From Octopus vulgaris (lineage: Eukaryota): 64,000 bases of DNA. How positions within the stretch are numbered: position 1 is the first letter of the stretch; every line of letters begins with the position of its first letter. This document shows positions 1-12,831 of the stretch, piece after piece. The position numbers were made by a program, and so were the translations under genes. The stretch lies in NCBI GenBank assembly GCA_951406725.2, contig OX597821.1, positions 95,418,001 through 95,482,000 of the forward strand, given 5' to 3'. The notes beneath the pieces are model-generated. The model ran no database searches. It worked only from the letters and a program-made list of their open reading frames with translations, and was not told where the DNA came from.

Positions 1-96
1 CGTATTATACACAAGGCTTAGGTTTTTCAGAGGTACAGCCCCTAAAAATTCCCTGCGTATTATACTCAAGGGCGGACTATACTCGAGGATTTACGG
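1..96. mobile_element. Terminal fragment of a Tc1/mariner-superfamily (CCGT-ended, Tc2/pogo-like) DNA transposon
   Basis: Ends ...GATTTACGG followed by TA; subterminal repeats CGTATTATACACAAGG, CGTATTATACTCAAGG and GACTATACTCGAGG; the other end is outside the window. Confidence 0.5.
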
Positions 97-340
97 TAAT
101 CTTCGCCTGCTAAAAATTACCACACACACATTCATACACATTTTTGAACATTCCCTTCTACATTTTAGGCGACTCCTCCAGTCTAAATCAGTAACTAATT
201 TATTCCTCCCATTATAGATAAGAGAAACACTTTTTACCTACCAACGTAACGTTATTCAGACCGGATTTTAAAAACATACTTTATACAACGTGGAATTTCG
301 CTTACTCGGTTATGGCTGAAATTAACAGCACCACCACCGG

Positions 341-862
341 CATACATACATACATACATACATACATACATACATACATACATACATACATACATACATA
401 CATACATACATACATACCTTTATTCTCTAGAAAAACGACGACGCCGTGGTGATCTCATTCTTGCTCACAACATCATAAGCGGAAAGTGTAAACTCTCGAA
501 AGAGCTGTTCTTCACTCCTGCTCCAGAGCGTCGGCTGCGGGGTCATTCCGAAAAGCTCTATCTGCGACGATTTCATCTCAATCGAAGGAGAGGGGCTTTC
601 TCCGTCCGGGTTGCAGATCCGTGGAATAAGCTGCCGGACGAGAGGGTGAAGATGCCGACGACCGCTCGGTTCAAAGTCTCCCTTGACCACAAGTGGCCTG
701 AACTCTTTACATGAGCACCATCCTGTACATAACTCCATGTCCCTCTACATGGCCTTGCTTTTTGCTTTTTGAGCCAAAAATTAACTAACTAACATACATA
801 CATACATATATACATACATACATACATAGATACATAGATACATACATACATACATACATACA
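341..862. repeat. (CATA)n microsatellites flanking a GC-rich island (427-760), possibly a 5'-truncated LINE 3' end on the minus strand
   Basis: Pure CATA arrays at 341-417 and about 793-862; the island has a short ORF with no recognisable domain. Confidence 0.4.
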
Positions 863-1276
863 AGGCATTGTATTAGAGAACGATACCGACTTGATGATAT
901 CCGACCGACCTAATGATATCCGTGATCGACGAAATTGTGAGAGAACAAGTAGTTCAAATCCACGCTTCCAACTTTTGGACAATAAATGCCTCGCTATATT
1001 GTGCCGCAGTAACTGCGCACCAACAGATAAAATTAAGCGCGCGCGGACCAAAGGATAATATTGAACAAAAATGGATTATACACAGTGTATTTTTAGTTGT
1101 TCTCTCTGAATAAAAGTTGAAATGGTCACACCTGGCTGCATTTGATCATATGTATGTTTGATCAAGGTAGATTTGGGTGTAAACAACATTAAAACCAGGT
1201 TAAGAAATACGGCAGCTACAGCTGCCATATTACAAGACAATATATTTCGTCATGCATTGCTTATTACTGGTATTAA

Positions 1277-1510
1277 CATTTGTATAATATAACATTTGTA
1301 TAATACCTATATAATATAGAATACCTATATAATACATTTGTATAATACCTATAAAATATAACATTTGTATAATACCTATATAATATAGAATACCTATATA
1401 ATATAGAATACCTATATAATACATTTGTATAATACCTATATGATATAGAATACCTATATAATACATTTGTATAATACCTATAAAAAAAAACATTTTGTAT
1501 AATACATTTT
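1277..1510. repeat. AT-rich minisatellite (AATACCTATATAATATAG / ACATTTGTAT modules)
   Basis: Direct visual repetition; it explains ORFs 1230..1523 and 1273..1557. Confidence 0.9.
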
Positions 1511-1964
1511 GAATATTCGACAAGGACCTGGATGAAAAATAATCTGCGTACTAACAATGGTTTTCAGATGAGAAGGTTTTCTGAATGAAACCTGAGAATG
1601 ACTGGAAGTGCAGTCTATCATGGACTCTGTGATCGTTACATCATGTCTAGTACTACATCTGAGTTCAAAATTTTGTAATCCAGGTCCATAAGAACATTTG
1701 ATACGCAGAAAAATAAATGACTATATCCCTGACTGACACACAAACTCTCCAAACAGTTTTGACTCCTTTCTCCCTTTCCTACTCCACTGCCATTTCAGAT
1801 GCTTGGGATGAATATCAAACCGATAAGTTTCAGTGCGTTATATCTCATCAGGGATCACTAACACAATTCAGCTCTTTCTACTGTACTCTAATATCTGAAC
1901 CTTCTGTGCTTGGAATTACATGATTGGTAGGAGATTTGCCAGTTTTGTGCGAAAGAGATATATA

Positions 1965-2445
1965 AGTGGCTGTGTGGTAAAGTAGCTTGCTTACTAACCA
2001 CATAGTTCCGGGTTCAGTCCCACTGCGTGGCACCTTGGGCAAGTGTCTTCTACTATAGCCTCGGGCCGACCAAAGCCTTGTGAGTGGATTTGGTAGACGG
2101 AAACTGAAAGAAGCCCGACGTATATACATATATATATATATATATATATTTACATGTATGTATGTATGTATGTATGTATGTATGTATGTATGTATGTATG
2201 TATGTATGTATGTATGTATGTATGTATGTATGTGTTTGTATGTCTATCCCCCCCAAATCGCTTGACAACAGATGCTGGTGTGTTTACGCCCCCGTCACTT
2301 AGAGATTCGGCAAGAGAGACCGATAGAATAAGTACTAGGCTTACAAAGAATAAGTCCTGGGGTCGATTTGCTCGACTAAAGGCGGTGCTTCGGCATGGCT
2401 GCAGTCAAATGACTGAAACAAATAAAAGAATAAAAAAATAAAAGT
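1965..2445 (+). mobile_element. tRNA-derived SINE family A with internal (TA)n/(TATG)n
   Basis: A box TGGCTGTGTGG, B box GGTTCAGTCC; near-identical to six other copies in the window. Confidence 0.9.
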
Positions 2446-2605
2446 AAGTGAACAGTAGCACTCTTCTTGGTGTGTCCCTTCATACCCTTTGACACACATT
2501 TCTTAAATAACCCCCTCCCATCCCAAGAAGTTCACAGATTAAGAATATTGTTTACAATACCTTGAGGAAATTATTTCTCACCGTCACCACCAATGTATCC
2601 AATCA

Positions 2606-3060
2606 GGTTGATCTTGTGCTGACTTCAAACTCCGACGTCTGGCAGCTGACTTGGCAGACACCCATAAAATTATTAACCATCTGACAAACAATAACTCTGA
2701 GCACCTTTTCAAACTCCACCCGTCTAACACCCGTGGGCATATTTACAAAGTCAGAAAACAGCACAGCTCCCATGACTTTAGGAAACATCTTTTCACGCTG
2801 AGAGTTGCTGAAGCATGGAACAGACTACCGGTATCAGTTGTTAGTTGTCGGAGCACTGCATCCTTCAAAACTTCCATGCTTCCTGAGATTCGCCAACACT
2901 ACACCTGATTTTCTCCCCTCCATGCACACGCAAGCATGTATCTGACTCATACATTGTTCGCTTTCCAGACATTTGTACATTACTGCATATGCTTTATATG
3001 CACTTTTGACAAGTTGTGGTGCACCTGAGCACTGTATGCAATAATTTCATTATAATTATT
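2606..3060 (+). mobile_element. CR1-clade LINE 3' end (5'-truncated)
   Basis: Peptide RRLAADLADTHKII...TRGHIYKVRK...RKHLFTLRVAEAWNRLP...SFK is the typical CR1 ORF2 C-terminus; followed by a 3' UTR and ATT-rich tail. Confidence 0.85.
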
Positions 3061-3174
3061 TATTATTTAAAAGTATCAACTAAGACTCATTAGACATTTA
3101 TTGTTTGGCTCCAATCGAATAGACTACAATAAAATGTTTTCCTACTACGACCATCCTGTCTTTTAATCAGATAT

Positions 3175-3558
3175 GGGAAGCACTCCGCCGGTTACGACGA
3201 CGAGGGTTCCGGTTGATCCGAATCAACGGAACAGCCTGCTCGTGAAATTAACGTGTAAGTGGCTGAGCACTCCGCAGACACGTGTACCCTTAACGTAGTT
3301 CTCGGGGATATTCAGCGTGACACAGAGAGTGACAAGGCCGGCCCCTTGAAATACAGGTACAACAGAAACAGGAAGTAAGAGTGAGAGAAAGTTGTGGTGA
3401 AAGAGTACAGCAGGGATCACCACCATCCCCTGCCGGAGCCTCGTGGAGCTTTTAGGTGTTTTCGCTCAATAAACACTCACAACGCCCGGTCTGGGAATCG
3501 AAACCGCGATCCTATGACCGCGAGTCCGCTGCCCTAACCACTGGGCCATTGCACCTCC
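3175..3558 (-). mobile_element. tRNA-derived SINE family B
   Basis: Reverse complement of 3971-4367; 11-bp TSD TAATCAGATAT (3164-3174 and 3559-3569). Confidence 0.9.
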
Positions 3559-3970
3559 TAATCAGATATAATGTACTTATGACTACATTGTTCAATGTAA
3601 CGTTTTAATAAAGATAGTAATGGACTCTCTCGTCGAAGACGGTGTATGAGTGTTCAGTTTTTGCCGAACGACCTACACAAATGATTTGTTTATAGTGATC
3701 AACTGTTCATGCCGCACATTAGCTCGCTCTCTCCATCAAATCGACGTTTCCCGAGCGGGTGCATGGTGTATCACGCATCAGGTGTCTAATTGATTGTAGA
3801 GCAACGTGAGATGAAGTGTTTTGCTCAAGAGTACAACGTGTCACTCGGTCTAGAAATTGAAACCACGATCAAGCGAACGTGAGTGCAACAACCTAACCAC
3901 TCGACCATATGATTCTCGTAAGACTTGCTTTTAGAGGTTTCTTCATTTGCAGTGTTGCTATTGTAGTTGT

Positions 3971-4367
3971 GTGGAGGCGCAATGGCCCAGTGGTTAGGGC
4001 AGCGGACTCGCGGTCACAGGATCGCGGTTTCGATTTCCAGACCGGGCGTTGTGAGTGCTTATTGAGCGAAAACACCTAAAAAGCTCCACGAGGCTCCGGC
4101 AGGGGATGGTGGTGATCCCTGCTGTACTCTTTCACCACAACTTTCTCTCACTCTTACTTCCTGTTTCTGTTGTACCTGTATTTCAAAGGGCCGGCCTTGT
4201 CACTCTCTTGTGTCACGCTGAATATCCCCGAGAACTACGTTAAAGGTACACGTGTCTGTGGAGTGCTCAGCCACTTACACGTTAATTTCACGAGCAGGCT
4301 GTTCCGTTGATTCGGATCAACCGGAACCCTCGTCGTCGTAACCGACGGAGTGCTTAAAAAAAAAAAA
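3971..4367 (+). mobile_element. tRNA-derived SINE family B
   Basis: Head TGGCCCAGTGG...GGTTTCGATTTCC; A-tail; 11-bp TSD ATTGTAGTTGT (3960-3970 and 4368-4378). Confidence 0.9.
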
Positions 4368-5077
4368 ATTGTAGTTGTTTAGCTCTGATCCAACAAACGA
4401 ATGATCAAAGGTGCATCAACTGTGATCAATCCGGTCTCTTATTTCGTTCTTATTATAAAATAGTATAATAATATTTTTTAGCAAGTTGAGCGTTCACGTT
4501 GAGGCTACCATATAATATATAGAATGACATATATAAAATGACCTGTATATTTTATAACTCAACACTAGCTCAGCCCTGATTCAGCAGATCTATAACCATA
4601 AGTGTTAAAACGTTGTATATCTACGAATTAATAGTCTAATGTGACCTTTCCTTTTGTTAAAGACAGCAGTAGGAGCAGTTTGGCTGTTGTTGCTACCTTT
4701 TATTGCAACGATTGTTGTGAACTATAAGTATCTACTTTTACTCTGATACATATTATTATCAGCAATAAATGTATTTATTTATTTATAGTTTGGCGTCAAA
4801 CTATTATTATGCTACCCAATAACTTCCAGAGCGTATTATTTTGCTTCTGGTATTTCTTGTAAGAAAATATAGACGTTGAAAAGACGTTAAACCAATAAAA
4901 TTTTCTTGTAGGCAGCCATATTAGATTACATTTAAGTCAATCTGGTTTTCAAATGTAAACAGTTACCATGCACCTGGTTTTAAGTCTCTTGAACGTAGTT
5001 TAAAGTCTCTTCATAAATGGTTCCGGGTTCAATCCACTGTGTGGCATTCTGACCATTTCCTAATATATGTGTGTGTA

Positions 5078-5115
<38 letters not shown>

Positions 5116-5143
5116 AGATAATGTTACATTTACTCAATAGTCA

Positions 5144-5209
5144 AGATAAAACTCTGAGTTTCAGTTGCCGAAGTGGAAATCCACAACACCATCTCTTCGG
5201 TTATCTGGC
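5144..5209 (-). ncRNA. Minimal type-I hammerhead-like motif (CCGAAGA core), Penelope-like remnant
   Basis: AGATAA-CCGAAGA-stem II-GAAACTCAGAGTT-TTATCT; homologous to 35268-35336; next to (TA)n. Confidence 0.55.
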
Positions 5210-5848
5210 CATCTGAAAAACGCTATGAAAAAATACCGTTATATAAAAGGGAAATTACTGTATTATAATTCTGCTCGCGAACCCACGTGCGTACTTATAC
5301 GTCACTATGAAAACGTACACATCTTCACTCGCATTTTTCGCCGAATATATACGCATATATATACAAACTCATACACACACACATGCGTACCGTAAAAGTT
5401 CATACATACGTCTATATACGCACAAGTACAAGAAAAACCATGGTTAAAGGTAACAGAAAAAAACATAAGGAAGTATACAAAGCATAAAAACCACGTTCAT
5501 ATACGGACATATATATAAACGCACACGCATGCACACTCGACACACGCAGATCGGTAACATTCGCTAATTTCTTGAAAATGGGGTAGTAACCCCGAAATAT
5601 TGAATACAAGATAAGTCTGCATTAATCCATATATTTGCTTTCTTGTAATTTTCTTTGCATTTACTTCGCATTGTTCTGGCCTTACCCACGATCCTTTAAA
5701 AATTTTCTTGAAATTTATTAACTATTTAAAAATTTTCTTAGAAAAACAGAATGACACGAGCCTTTTGGAATGGAGTTTTCGTATTATGTGTAAGCACTTT
5801 CGTACATTTTTAAAACATGCGTGTTATATATATATATTGTGTGCATGT

Positions 5849-5896
<48 letters not shown>

Positions 5897-6216
5897 GCAC
5901 GTATGCACATACATATCGTTTGTAAAAAACACAAATCCGAAAGAAAAAGTACACTCTAAGATGTAGAGCACTGTTTATTAAAAGTGGGGAAAGCCGGTTT
6001 ATGGGATTACCTTAGGTTTCCTGTCCATAAACGATTTAGCTTTATGGCGTATCGTCAGATCCCAAAAGCCTGTTGGCCCAACAAGTCCTGCTCAGTGACA
6101 TAGCTAGTAGGGAGAGCGACTGCTTCCCATGAGCACATTTTCCAAAATTGGCGCCTTTTCACCAATGTTTTTAACTCTTTAGTTACCTATATCAGTTGTT
6201 GTAAGTTTCGTACATA

Positions 6217-6482
6217 AAAATAAAATAAGTGCGCCCTTTTAAAGCCTAGCCTAGCCAGGCTCATGGGCCCGGTTTCCCGTTTTCTATGGCGTATGTGTTC
6301 CCCAGTTGGATGGGACGCCAGTCCGTCGCAGCGTTGTTCATTTTTGCCAGCTGAGTGGACTGGAGCAACGTGAAATGAAGTGTTTTGCTCAAGAACACAA
6401 CGCGTCGCCCAGTCCAGGAATCGAAACCACAATCTTACGATCATGGTGCTGACACCCTAACCACTAAACCACGCACCTCCAC
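6217..6482 (-). mobile_element. tRNA-derived SINE (head related to family B, different body)
   Basis: 14-bp TSD AAGTTTCGTACATA (6203-6216 and 6483-6496); B box on the minus strand. Confidence 0.85.
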
Positions 6483-7524
6483 AAGTTTCGTACATAGTGA
6501 CAGTTTTATTGATACATGAAATTAATGAATGTAGAATACACTTACGTATATTTTAGCTAATAAAATATTTCGGATATTATAAGAGAAATGAGTTAAAAAT
6601 TATTTGGTATGTGCCACAGCGCCTTTTTTTAAGTGTTCGCTACCCCTAACTTTTAAACTTGGCTACCCGCCTGGTCCTGCTAGTTTATTATGAATTGATT
6701 CTAAGTACATTCATTATACGGGTATGTTTTTCCTTGTTAGATAAAATCTTTATCAAACACGGCTTTAAATTCTTTGTCGGCTGCTAAAGAAGATGCATAT
6801 TTTTTATTGTGGATATTTCAAGTGTAAAGGATACTCGACAGCCAATCGAAACGTTAGTAGTTCGCATTTCATCATCGCCAATATTTTGTGTTCTTGCTCA
6901 AGGCATTTAACTTAAAATAAACCCCTGTTACACATTCATATCTATGTGTATACGTGTGTAGAATACATCCCCATTTTTGGCACTATTTGTTTGTGAACAG
7001 TACGAACTGTGTTTTAAAGTAAACAAGTATTACTACGCTGTGTCTAAAGATATATAGGTGTCGCTGCGCTGAATGTGGTTCAGTTCGTGTAACATGAAAA
7101 AGTAAATAAACACGTAAAACGATAACAATGGCTTCATATTGGTTGTCTATCCCATTAGAACGAAATAACACATAACAACCCCATTCCACTTAGCTGTGGA
7201 TAGGCAACCTACTTGAGGAATAATCTGATGATGTAAGCAATGACAGTACAATAAACTCACCAAATAACCTATTAGTTTGTGCGAGCTTCTCGTGCTCACT
7301 TCAGCTCTCATGCCAGTTTCTTAAAAAAAACTAGTGATACTAACTCGCAACAAGAAGATGAAGTCTCCAAGAGTGTCCCAATGATCTCTAAAGGTTTATA
7401 GTTGTTGTTTAATCTCAGATCAGATTTATTCCACTGGTCAATTGATTCAAAGTGTCCTGACTGTGACCAGTTATGAAGCTAAGTCAGGGTAAGCCCAGGT
7501 AATGCCCGGTTACACGAAAGTTAA

Positions 7525-7932
7525 TCTCTATATATATAAACGGCAGTTTGTCTGTCTGTGTGTCTGTGTGGCTGTCAGGTTGTACCCTCACCCTGACCAC
7601 GGCTTTCAACCGATTCTGATGAAACTTGACACACACATAGCCCAACGTCATAATTCAAAACTAACGCAGCGAAAATTTTGAAAAGTTCCCCCAGTTCTGA
7701 AAAATATCGATAAATTCGACATGGGGTCGAGAATCTAAGCTTTTTATATGCAACACATTTTCTGTCGGGAGACAGCTAGGAACATCGTATACATAGAAGT
7801 ATTAGAATGAAGAGAAGACATTGCAACCTACACATGCGCCTTCGTTCCCTAGAGGGAAAGAACTAGATTGGGATTAGTCGTTGCCTACTAGGGGCTCTTA
7901 CATACCCAGGCAACGCCGGGCTATGCTGCTAG
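7525..7932 (+). mobile_element. Non-autonomous Helitron-like element
   Basis: A|TC 5' end, subterminal hairpin CCCAGGCAACGCCGGG, CTAG|T 3' end, no TSD. Confidence 0.75.
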
Positions 7933-8441
7933 TTCTAATATAACCTAAACATACGCTATGCGTGAATGATGAAGGTAAAATACAATTGTTTTACATTCAT
8001 CTGATCTGGGTGTTGCTATAAACTTTGAAATTTGTACAATCAAGTTTAACTGTACAACATCTCTTTCAAAAGAAAACAATAAGAAAATGGTATAATTCAC
8101 AACGTTATTCACCTGAACACTGAATGAGTCTGAACCAGAGTCAATGGACTACATTTATCAGTGAAGCAGTACATAAATGTAGCCTTGCCCGGTCGTCTGT
8201 CACTCTGCCTGCCCGGTCGTCTGTTACTCTGCCTGCCTGTCTCTCTATTTGCTTGTCTGTCTGTCTGTCTGTCTGCCTGCCCGTCTCTCTATTTGCTTGT
8301 CTGTCTGTATGTATGTATGCATGTGCGTATGTATGCCTACAAATATTTGCATATTGATCATCATACATCTGTACAACGGATTATGTGCGGACATATATAC
8401 ATATACACAAATATACGTTTATACATACATACACTCATACA

Positions 8442-8483
<42 letters not shown>

Positions 8484-9133
8484 CCCATGCGTTGCCAGAA
8501 TCTCCTTCGTCTAAGCCAGAAAAAGGCCTTTTCGTTTGTTTTTCTTGTTTGTTTTCTTGTTTATTTTTATTTCTCGTATTGTATTTTCTTGTACATGTAT
8601 TTTTATCTTGTATTTTATTTTGTAGTTTTATTCGTATCGTTTTTACGTCCTGTTTGTGTTACATTTTTTTCTTGCTTGTTTTTACCCCTCTGCGAGGTAA
8701 TTTTATTTTAATTCTCTCGCAGGAAGGATTAATTTGGCGAGTCGTGTCCTGTCTTGCCTTCGAAACACGCTAGAGTCAAACTAGTGACAGCTGATGATAG
8801 GGGATTTTTCCTTGTGTAGTATGTCCTGTACTCTGTTTTTCTGTTGTAAAAAAATGGTTTTTCCGTTTTCGTTTCCCGTTGAGTTCTACGTCTCTGTTTT
8901 TCTGTTGTAAAAAAATGTTTTTTCCGTTTTCGTTTCTCGTTGAGTTCTACGTCTAGTTGTGGTGTCCTGTACTCACGTATATATATTTATATATGCATGT
9001 ATATATACATGTAGATGTAGGTACGTACATATATTTTTGTATGTATGCATATATTTTATTTATTACACTATTGTTTGACAGCGCCCTCGCGTCGGGTTCG
9101 ATTCGATTCGTTCCGTTCTTATTCTCCCAGTAC

Positions 9134-9172
<39 letters not shown>

Positions 9173-9175
<3 letters not shown>

Positions 9176-10775
9176 TGGCGGCCAAAATGTTCAGACCGGT
9201 ATTGTTTTCGTCAGAAAAGTAGATATAATTTTTTATCAAAGTTGTTTTATATTCTATAATTTTCACAGACAATAAATACGATATTATTTGTTATTGCCCG
9301 AGATTTTGGTGTAATTTGAGAGGATAATACAAAAGTTATGGATGATGTAGTGATTTACTGCAAAACCCATGGCGGCCAAAATGATCAGAACGGTTGCTTT
9401 TACTCCGTATTTTAGTATATTTAACCGGCGAACTCTAATGTTTTGAATTTGTTTACGTGACGGTTCGTTTACTAAACATTAGTAAGAATATTTGCAGTGT
9501 ACTTTGTTAATATAATGCCACTTACTCCGTTACCAATTTGTCAGCAGATTATTAAGCTTCGAAGAAAGGATAATTTAAGTATTAATCCATTGCAAAGATT
9601 GTTAACAAGTCAAAAAGTGTTGTACACGGTATTCTTAAGGTTTCCGATGATTGTGGTTCGTGTGAAGCAAGAAAGTTTACAGGTAGGCCAAGAAAAACGA
9701 CCAAGAGAGAAGATCATGCTATGGTAAAGTTGGTTAAAAAGGACAGATTTAAAACTGCTGCTGTTGTTTCTCGGAAAATGAGCATTGTATTGAAGAAAAC
9801 TTTATCTCGAAAAACTGTGTCTCGTCGTTTAGTTGAACAAGCAAGAGCACCTGCAGTGAAGCCACTGATCAGCTCCAAGAATAAAAAGTGTTGTCTTACC
9901 TTTGCAACCGAACATGTGTTGAGGTCTCAAGAAAAATGGCAAACGTTGCATTTCAGTGATGAAACTAAGTTTATGTTATTTGGCTCAGATGGGAAAATGT
10001 ATGTGAAACATTGTCGCCTAAATGCCTTAAGACTAGTGTTAAATTCGGTGGAAGAAGTGTCATGGTTTGGCGGATGATATCTGGAGATGGTGTGGGCCCT
10101 TTGGTGCGATTACATGGAAAGGTAAATGCAGCAGTTTATAAACAACTTGTAAAAGATCATGTCTTGCCTGTGCTGAGAAATTCAACAAAGCGATCACCCA
10201 TATTCATGCAAGACAATGCCCCATGTCACAAGGCTAAGGTGGTCATGAACTTCCTCAAGGCTGAAAACGTTATTGTTATAAATTGGCCTGCTCAAAGCCC
10301 AGATCTCAATCCTATTGAAAATGTGTGGAATATTCTAGGAGAACGTTCGAAAGCCAGAAATCCTAAAACAACCGAGCATTTATGGAATGCCCTTCAGGAA
10401 GAATGGAATAAGATCACCCAGCATGAAATTGAAAATTTAATTTCCTCATGCAGTCGAAGATGTCAAAGTGTGATTGAAGCTAAAGGGCTTCACACTAAAT
10501 ATTAAATAATTCCAGTATTCTCTGTCATTTTTGATTATTTTGTTATTTTTTCAACCGTTCTGATCATTTTGGCCGCCATGGGTTTTGTAGTAAATCACTC
10601 AATCATCCATAACTTTTGTATTATCCTCTTAAATTACACCAAAATCTCAGACAATAACAATTGATATTGTATTTATTGTCTGTGAAAATTATAGAATATA
10701 AAACAACTTTGATAAAAACCTATACCTACTTTTCTGACGAAAACAATGCCGTTCTGAACATTTTGGCCGCAACTG
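9173..10775 (+). mobile_element. Full-length Tc1-family DNA transposon with ~224-bp IR/DR terminal inverted repeats
   Basis: TA|CAGTGGCGGCC...GGCCGCAACTG|TA; IRs at 9173-9396 and 10552-10775, each with outer and inner TGGCGGCCAAAATG(T/A)TCAGA direct repeats. Confidence 0.95.
9515..10505 (+). pseudogene. Frameshifted Tc1 DD34E transposase
   Basis: GRPRKTT, HFSDETKF, FMQDNAPCH and WPAQSPDLNPIENVW motifs with 34 residues between the second D and E; split over three frames. Confidence 0.92.
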
Positions 10776-11559
10776 TATATATACACGCACGCACACACCT
10801 GAGGAATAATTTCTGTTAACTGAATAAATAGAATGATGGGTGTTAATGCAGTGCCAATGGTCTCTTACTGAATCTTGGCAATTATTCAACTGCAGATTGA
10901 ATAACACAGAAATGACAGCCATATCTGTTAGGCTGCGCATGCGCGTATATGTATATCATACACATACACACTCATACATACATACATATATACACACACG
11001 TAATTAAAAATATATACTGAATTTTCGTTTCATTTTTCTTATTCTTTTCTTTCTTTTGTAAAAACCTATTACGTTTTTCAATTCAGTACAAAGGAAGAAA
11101 GGAAAAAGAAATTCCGAATAAATATACTTGCTCATTCAACTTGTTGTATTTCACAATCGACACTTAAGATACAATCTTTACATATCTACCGTCTATTTCA
11201 TGGCGACTTAACTCTTTTATGGCGCGGCAATATAAAAAAAATAATGAAAAGCAAAGAACGAAACTATTTAATAGATACAAAACAATGCAAATATGCAAGG
11301 TCTCTTTGCTTTTTATCAATCCACTTCAAATTCTCACAAGTTTACTCTCTGCCGATGTACTGAGTGCAAAATATTTTCTTTTAAATTTTCCACCTAAGAG
11401 TTGTCTATCTGGTATTAGGTAAAAATTACAATAAACTGGTAACAAACAAACAAACGCATAAATAAATAAATAGATGTAGCCAGAGTGAAGTATGTAAGTT
11501 AAAATAAAGCAGACAACTAACTCTTATGAAGACAGTCAGTTTCGAAACTATTTTCCACA

Positions 11560-12130
11560 CCACATACCAATCAAGTGGAAAATATAGCATGGAGAAATCT
11601 ATGTCATATGTTAGTCGATCAAAAAAAAAAATGCGAGCTATACGAAGCTGAAAGATCTCAGATCCTTTTCAGGTTTAAGAATTCCATCGCATTGCTGAAT
11701 TCCAGATCTGAAATTTTCATCAAATGTAAATGTATAGATAAGTTCTTGCTGGCGAATACCACTTTCTCCAGATTGCGCGGCTGTACCGCAGACTCTAGAC
11801 CCCTATCCATTCACAGTCCTGATTTTGATTCTCTCCCTTTTTTCTTTTTCGTCTTCCGTTTTTCCTCTTTTCGTTTTCCAGTTTTTTCAACCATCCACTT
11901 TCTGGCCTTTTCTCGTATTTTCTCTTATTCTATAGTCATGTTTTATCTTGTATATGTCATGTGAGCACAGCCTGAAGATTGCATGATAGCACCAGACGTG
12001 TCCGTGATGCTTTTGTTGCATGAAACTATTAGTAGCTTCTAAAAGTATATATTGTATCCATTAAACATATATTCATCTCTGGACGAATATGGAGTACTTT
12101 TTTGTTGATCCTACTTTCACGGAACAGTAT
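11560..12130 (+). mobile_element. Penelope-like element remnant (endonuclease-side C-terminus plus pLTR)
   Basis: IKWKI...KKCELYEAER..IL...LLNSRSEIFIKCKCIDKFLL resembles the PLE C-terminal motif CxLCxxEK...LLNKRSE..SKCRH.NKFLL; followed by a hammerhead motif. Confidence 0.7.
11969..12037 (+). ncRNA. Type-I hammerhead ribozyme motif with canonical core
   Basis: AGC-CTGAAGA-T TGCA...TGCA T-GAAA-CTA T TAG-TA-GCT; predicted cut after GUA (12034). Confidence 0.7.
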
Positions 12131-12434
12131 ACTATGTATGTATGTATGTATGTATGTATGTATGTATGTATGTATGTATGTATGTATGTATGTATGTATG
12201 TATGTGTGCGTGTATGTGTGCGTGTGTGTGTATGTATGTTTGCATGCATAATAGTGCAAGGACTCATATACATAATAGGTAATAGAGCAAGTACCTATAT
12301 TCGTTATAGAGCAATTGTCGGCACAGAGGCTGCGGCTACTCTTTCAGCTTTTCTAAAAAATATTAATGATATAGAAGGATACACTGCGCAGAAAATGTTC
12401 AAAGTGGTTGGATCATGCCTGTTTTAGAAACGAA

Positions 12435-12831
12435 CTAGCCGTATCGCCCGGCGTTGATCGGGTTTGTAAGGGAAATAACTATATAAGCATCTTTAGAGAT
12501 GTAAAGTATAATAGCCATCTCAATATGGCTAACCACAAAGCGGGGTGTTACTGTAGCTTTTTACGTTCTGAGATTTAATAATACATTTTTAGAGAGTTAC
12601 TTCTCTTATATAATAGCAAACAAAAATGCATTAAAAATGGGAAAAAATTATGGTAATTTTTTTTTTAAATCGTAGACTCATCGTAGACGAGCGCTAATAC
12701 CCAGAAGGGCTCGATATAAATCACGACTATAAGATACCCACTTTTGGTTACACTGCACTGCAAAATGTGGGAGTAGTTAGGAATCTAAATCGTAAGAGAC
12801 AGACACACAACCTTACTTTTATATATAAAGA
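12435..12831 (-). mobile_element. Non-autonomous Helitron-like element
   Basis: On the minus strand A|TCTTTATATATAAAAG..., hairpin CCCGATCAACGCCGGG, CTAG|T end. Confidence 0.75.

Noticed and set aside
8700-8830. CTGATGA plus hairpin and an upstream CGAAAC in a TA-flanked segment
   Set aside because: The core halves are not in a complete hammerhead arrangement; possibly a decayed PLE pLTR but not supportable. 8830-8955 is a simple ~61-bp duplication.
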